From: Eledone cirrhosa
Taxonomy: Eukaryota
NCBI GenBank assembly: GCA_964016885.1
Contig: OZ024743.1
Span: 104,036,001 to 104,100,000, forward strand
Direction: 5' to 3'
Length of the DNA stretch: 64,000 nucleotides
Part shown: piece by piece, positions 61,863-64,000 of the stretch
Position numbering within the stretch: position 1 is the first letter of the stretch
Layout: every line of letters starts with the position of its first letter
The notes under the pieces: model-generated
What the model was told of the DNA's origin: nothing
Seen by the model: only the letters and a program-made list of their open reading frames with translations
Database searches by the model: none
Made by a program: the position numbers and the translations under genes

Positions 61863-62319
61863 ACATTCATATTATAATGTAGGAAAAACAGGCTTGGGTA
61901 CCCCTACCACCACCTCTAAATATCAAAAGTGTAAAGGGGAGAGTCAGTTACATCCCTTCCCTGCCATATTTATTGACACAACAGGTTGCAATCAATACTA
62001 ATAATAACAACAATTATACACATAAACACATTCATATATACATACAAAAGACAGAACAGTCAAATAAATTTGATTTCATGTAAATAAAATTTACATTTCA
62101 ATAATATATACAAAAGCATTGTTATACACATGCACACACACACATATATATATCATCATCATCATCATCATCGTTTAATGTCCATCTTCCACGCTAGCAT
62201 AATGTGTGTATATATATATATATATAATATATATATATATACACACACATATATATATATATCAACTGTGTTCCATAACATGCCAATCAAATGGAATCAT
62301 ATTATTTTCAATGGATAAT

Positions 62320-62501
62320 AGGGTGGTGAATTGGCAGTATCAGTAGAGGGTTGGACGCCATGCTTTCTAGCATAGTTACGTCCCTTTACAGAGTTCAAAT
62401 CCCGCCGAGGTTAACTTTGCCTTTCATCCTTACGGGGTCGATAAAATAAAGTACCAGTAATGTACTGGATAATTGCTGGCCTTGTGCCTAAAGTAGAAAC
62501 A
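62320..62501 (+). mobile_element. Family A SINE
   Basis: 19-bp TSD attattttcaatggataat at 62301-62319 and 62502-62520. Confidence 0.9.
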
Positions 62502-62619
62502 ATTATTTTCAATGGATAATTATGTTTTAACTCTTAATTTCCTGTACCACATGAAACCATATTAACAAAACCTTCAGGAAAATTATAAAACAGCACTATG
62601 ACTGCATCACATGACAAAA

Positions 62620-63140
62620 TACGTGCACGAGATGGTTCAAAGATTGAAAAAGTAAATAACTTCTTGTACCTAGGTAGTTAGATGAACACAGAACATGATG
62701 TCGACACCAGGATAAGCAAGGTATGGCGAGCACTCAGTTCCTTATTGAAGGTTAGGGAATCTCCAATCCAGGAAAAAATGGAAATGAGGTTATTTAAAGC
62801 AATGGTTGAGTCCAGTCTCCTCTATCAATATGAGTCATGGACATACATGTGAATGCTGAGAAATATCCAGAACATATCCTGGAAAGCACATGTAACAATT
62901 AAAATGCTCTATGGTTCACATCCACGCATTTCTGGTATCATAAAGTGACAGAGGCTTGCATTAACTCGACATCCCAATGAACCTGCTGATTGAGAAGCTG
63001 CTAACTTGAAACCAGATCTGTGCAGATGATTTGAGAGACCAAACATTACACTGAAGAAAGTCTTTGAAGATGAACCCAAGCTGGAGACAAGGGAACTTCA
63101 CATGGCAATGTTGGGTAGGGTGAGCTGGAGGAGAAACTTT
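62620..63140 (+). mobile_element. Degenerate RTE/RTE-X LINE fragment (post-RT region)
   Basis: Translation DGSKIEKVNNFLYLGS*...TRISKVWRAL..LLKV...RLFKAMVESSLLYQYESWT matches the FxYLGS and LLYGxESWT motifs. Confidence 0.8.
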
Positions 63141-63915
63141 AAGGCACTGGCAACAAATGTGAAGATTGCTGGATGACTACAGCACATAAATGATTAAAGA
63201 CTATATTTTAATCTAATACTGCATATTTTCACAGTGATCTATCCACTAGTGCTGATAATGCACCATAGTACTGGTGACATGATAAAAAACACCCAGTACC
63301 TTCTGTAAAGTAGTTGGTGACAGGAAGGGCATCCAGACATAGAAAACTCTCCAAACACACGGGTGCAAGGATTTTACAGTTGTGTCAAAGATATGACAAC
63401 CTCCCTAGTACTGATAGCATGATAAAACACACACACACATATGTATGTGTTCCATTATCACACCCCTAGATTCCTATCCCTTTCTCTTGATCATTAGCAG
63501 CTTCTCTTACAACTAATACATGCCGACTATATATGCTCACTCCACTTTTCCCTTCAATGTTCTGTATACACACATACACACCCTTATATTAACATACTTT
63601 TGCTCACAGCTTCGTACATGCACACACACTCTTTTACTCACATATACACACACATTTCTTCTTAGTTTCGTACGGTCGTATAATAACACGTACGCGCGTG
63701 CACACACATGCACATATGCTTACGCACGTGCTCAAGTATAGCTCTTTTTACAAAACGGGTTTTTTTTTCAATTTCAGGTAGACGCGCTCCATCATCCACT
63801 TTTCTAAAAAATAAATCATACACAAAACACCAGCACCAACAGTTTTGCAAGAGATGTTAACATGAATGGACCTGTTATTTTTATCTAAAGACATTTTTTC
63901 CAATTCCATCCCGCC

Positions 63916-64000
63916 CGTCCCCTCAATCTATCTTATTTCTCATTCTTTCTTCTGATGAAGGACTAGCATCCGAAATGTTAAGACCCTCTTCCTGTTATTT
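63916..64000 (+). mobile_element. Penelope-like terminal repeat fragment with a minimal type I hammerhead motif (second copy 12355-12506)
   Basis: tctt-CTGATGA-aggactagcatcc-GAAA-tgtt-aaga at 63948-63983. The copy at 12390 has the same flanks with GAAA mutated to AAAA. Confidence 0.65.

Overview
AT-rich eukaryotic genomic DNA. The repeat content (tRNA-headed Meta- and CORE-type SINEs, RTE-tailed elements ending in (GAT)n, very large TA/CA microsatellites) points to an octopus or other coleoid cephalopod; that assignment is inference. The only host coding sequence I can support is one 111-bp minus-strand exon (21142-21252) encoding the FERM N-lobe of a protein 4.1/coracle-family gene. It is absent from the ORF track, and much of the window is probably intron of this gene. 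The rest is repeats: a decayed RTE LINE (26.2-28.06 kb) and several RTE 3' fragments, an internally deleted DD37D (maT) transposon, pogo- and CRE-like relics, TTAA-type MITEs, more than 15 Meta-type SINEs, a tRNA-Lys(CTT) pseudogene, 29-bp and 33-bp minisatellites, about 9 kb of TA/CA repeat and a 200-N gap. Most notable: long palindromes carrying Penelope-type hammerhead-ribozyme cores; a SINE family whose target-site duplications all begin ATTAT, including a triplicated site; a polarised minisatellite of about 70 perfect ISRE-type motifs next to the FERM exon; a bipartite non-autonomous RTE element that keeps a C2H2 finger; and a sharp CpG boundary near 30 kb. All long I/Y/T/H/C/V ORFs are microsatellite artefacts.
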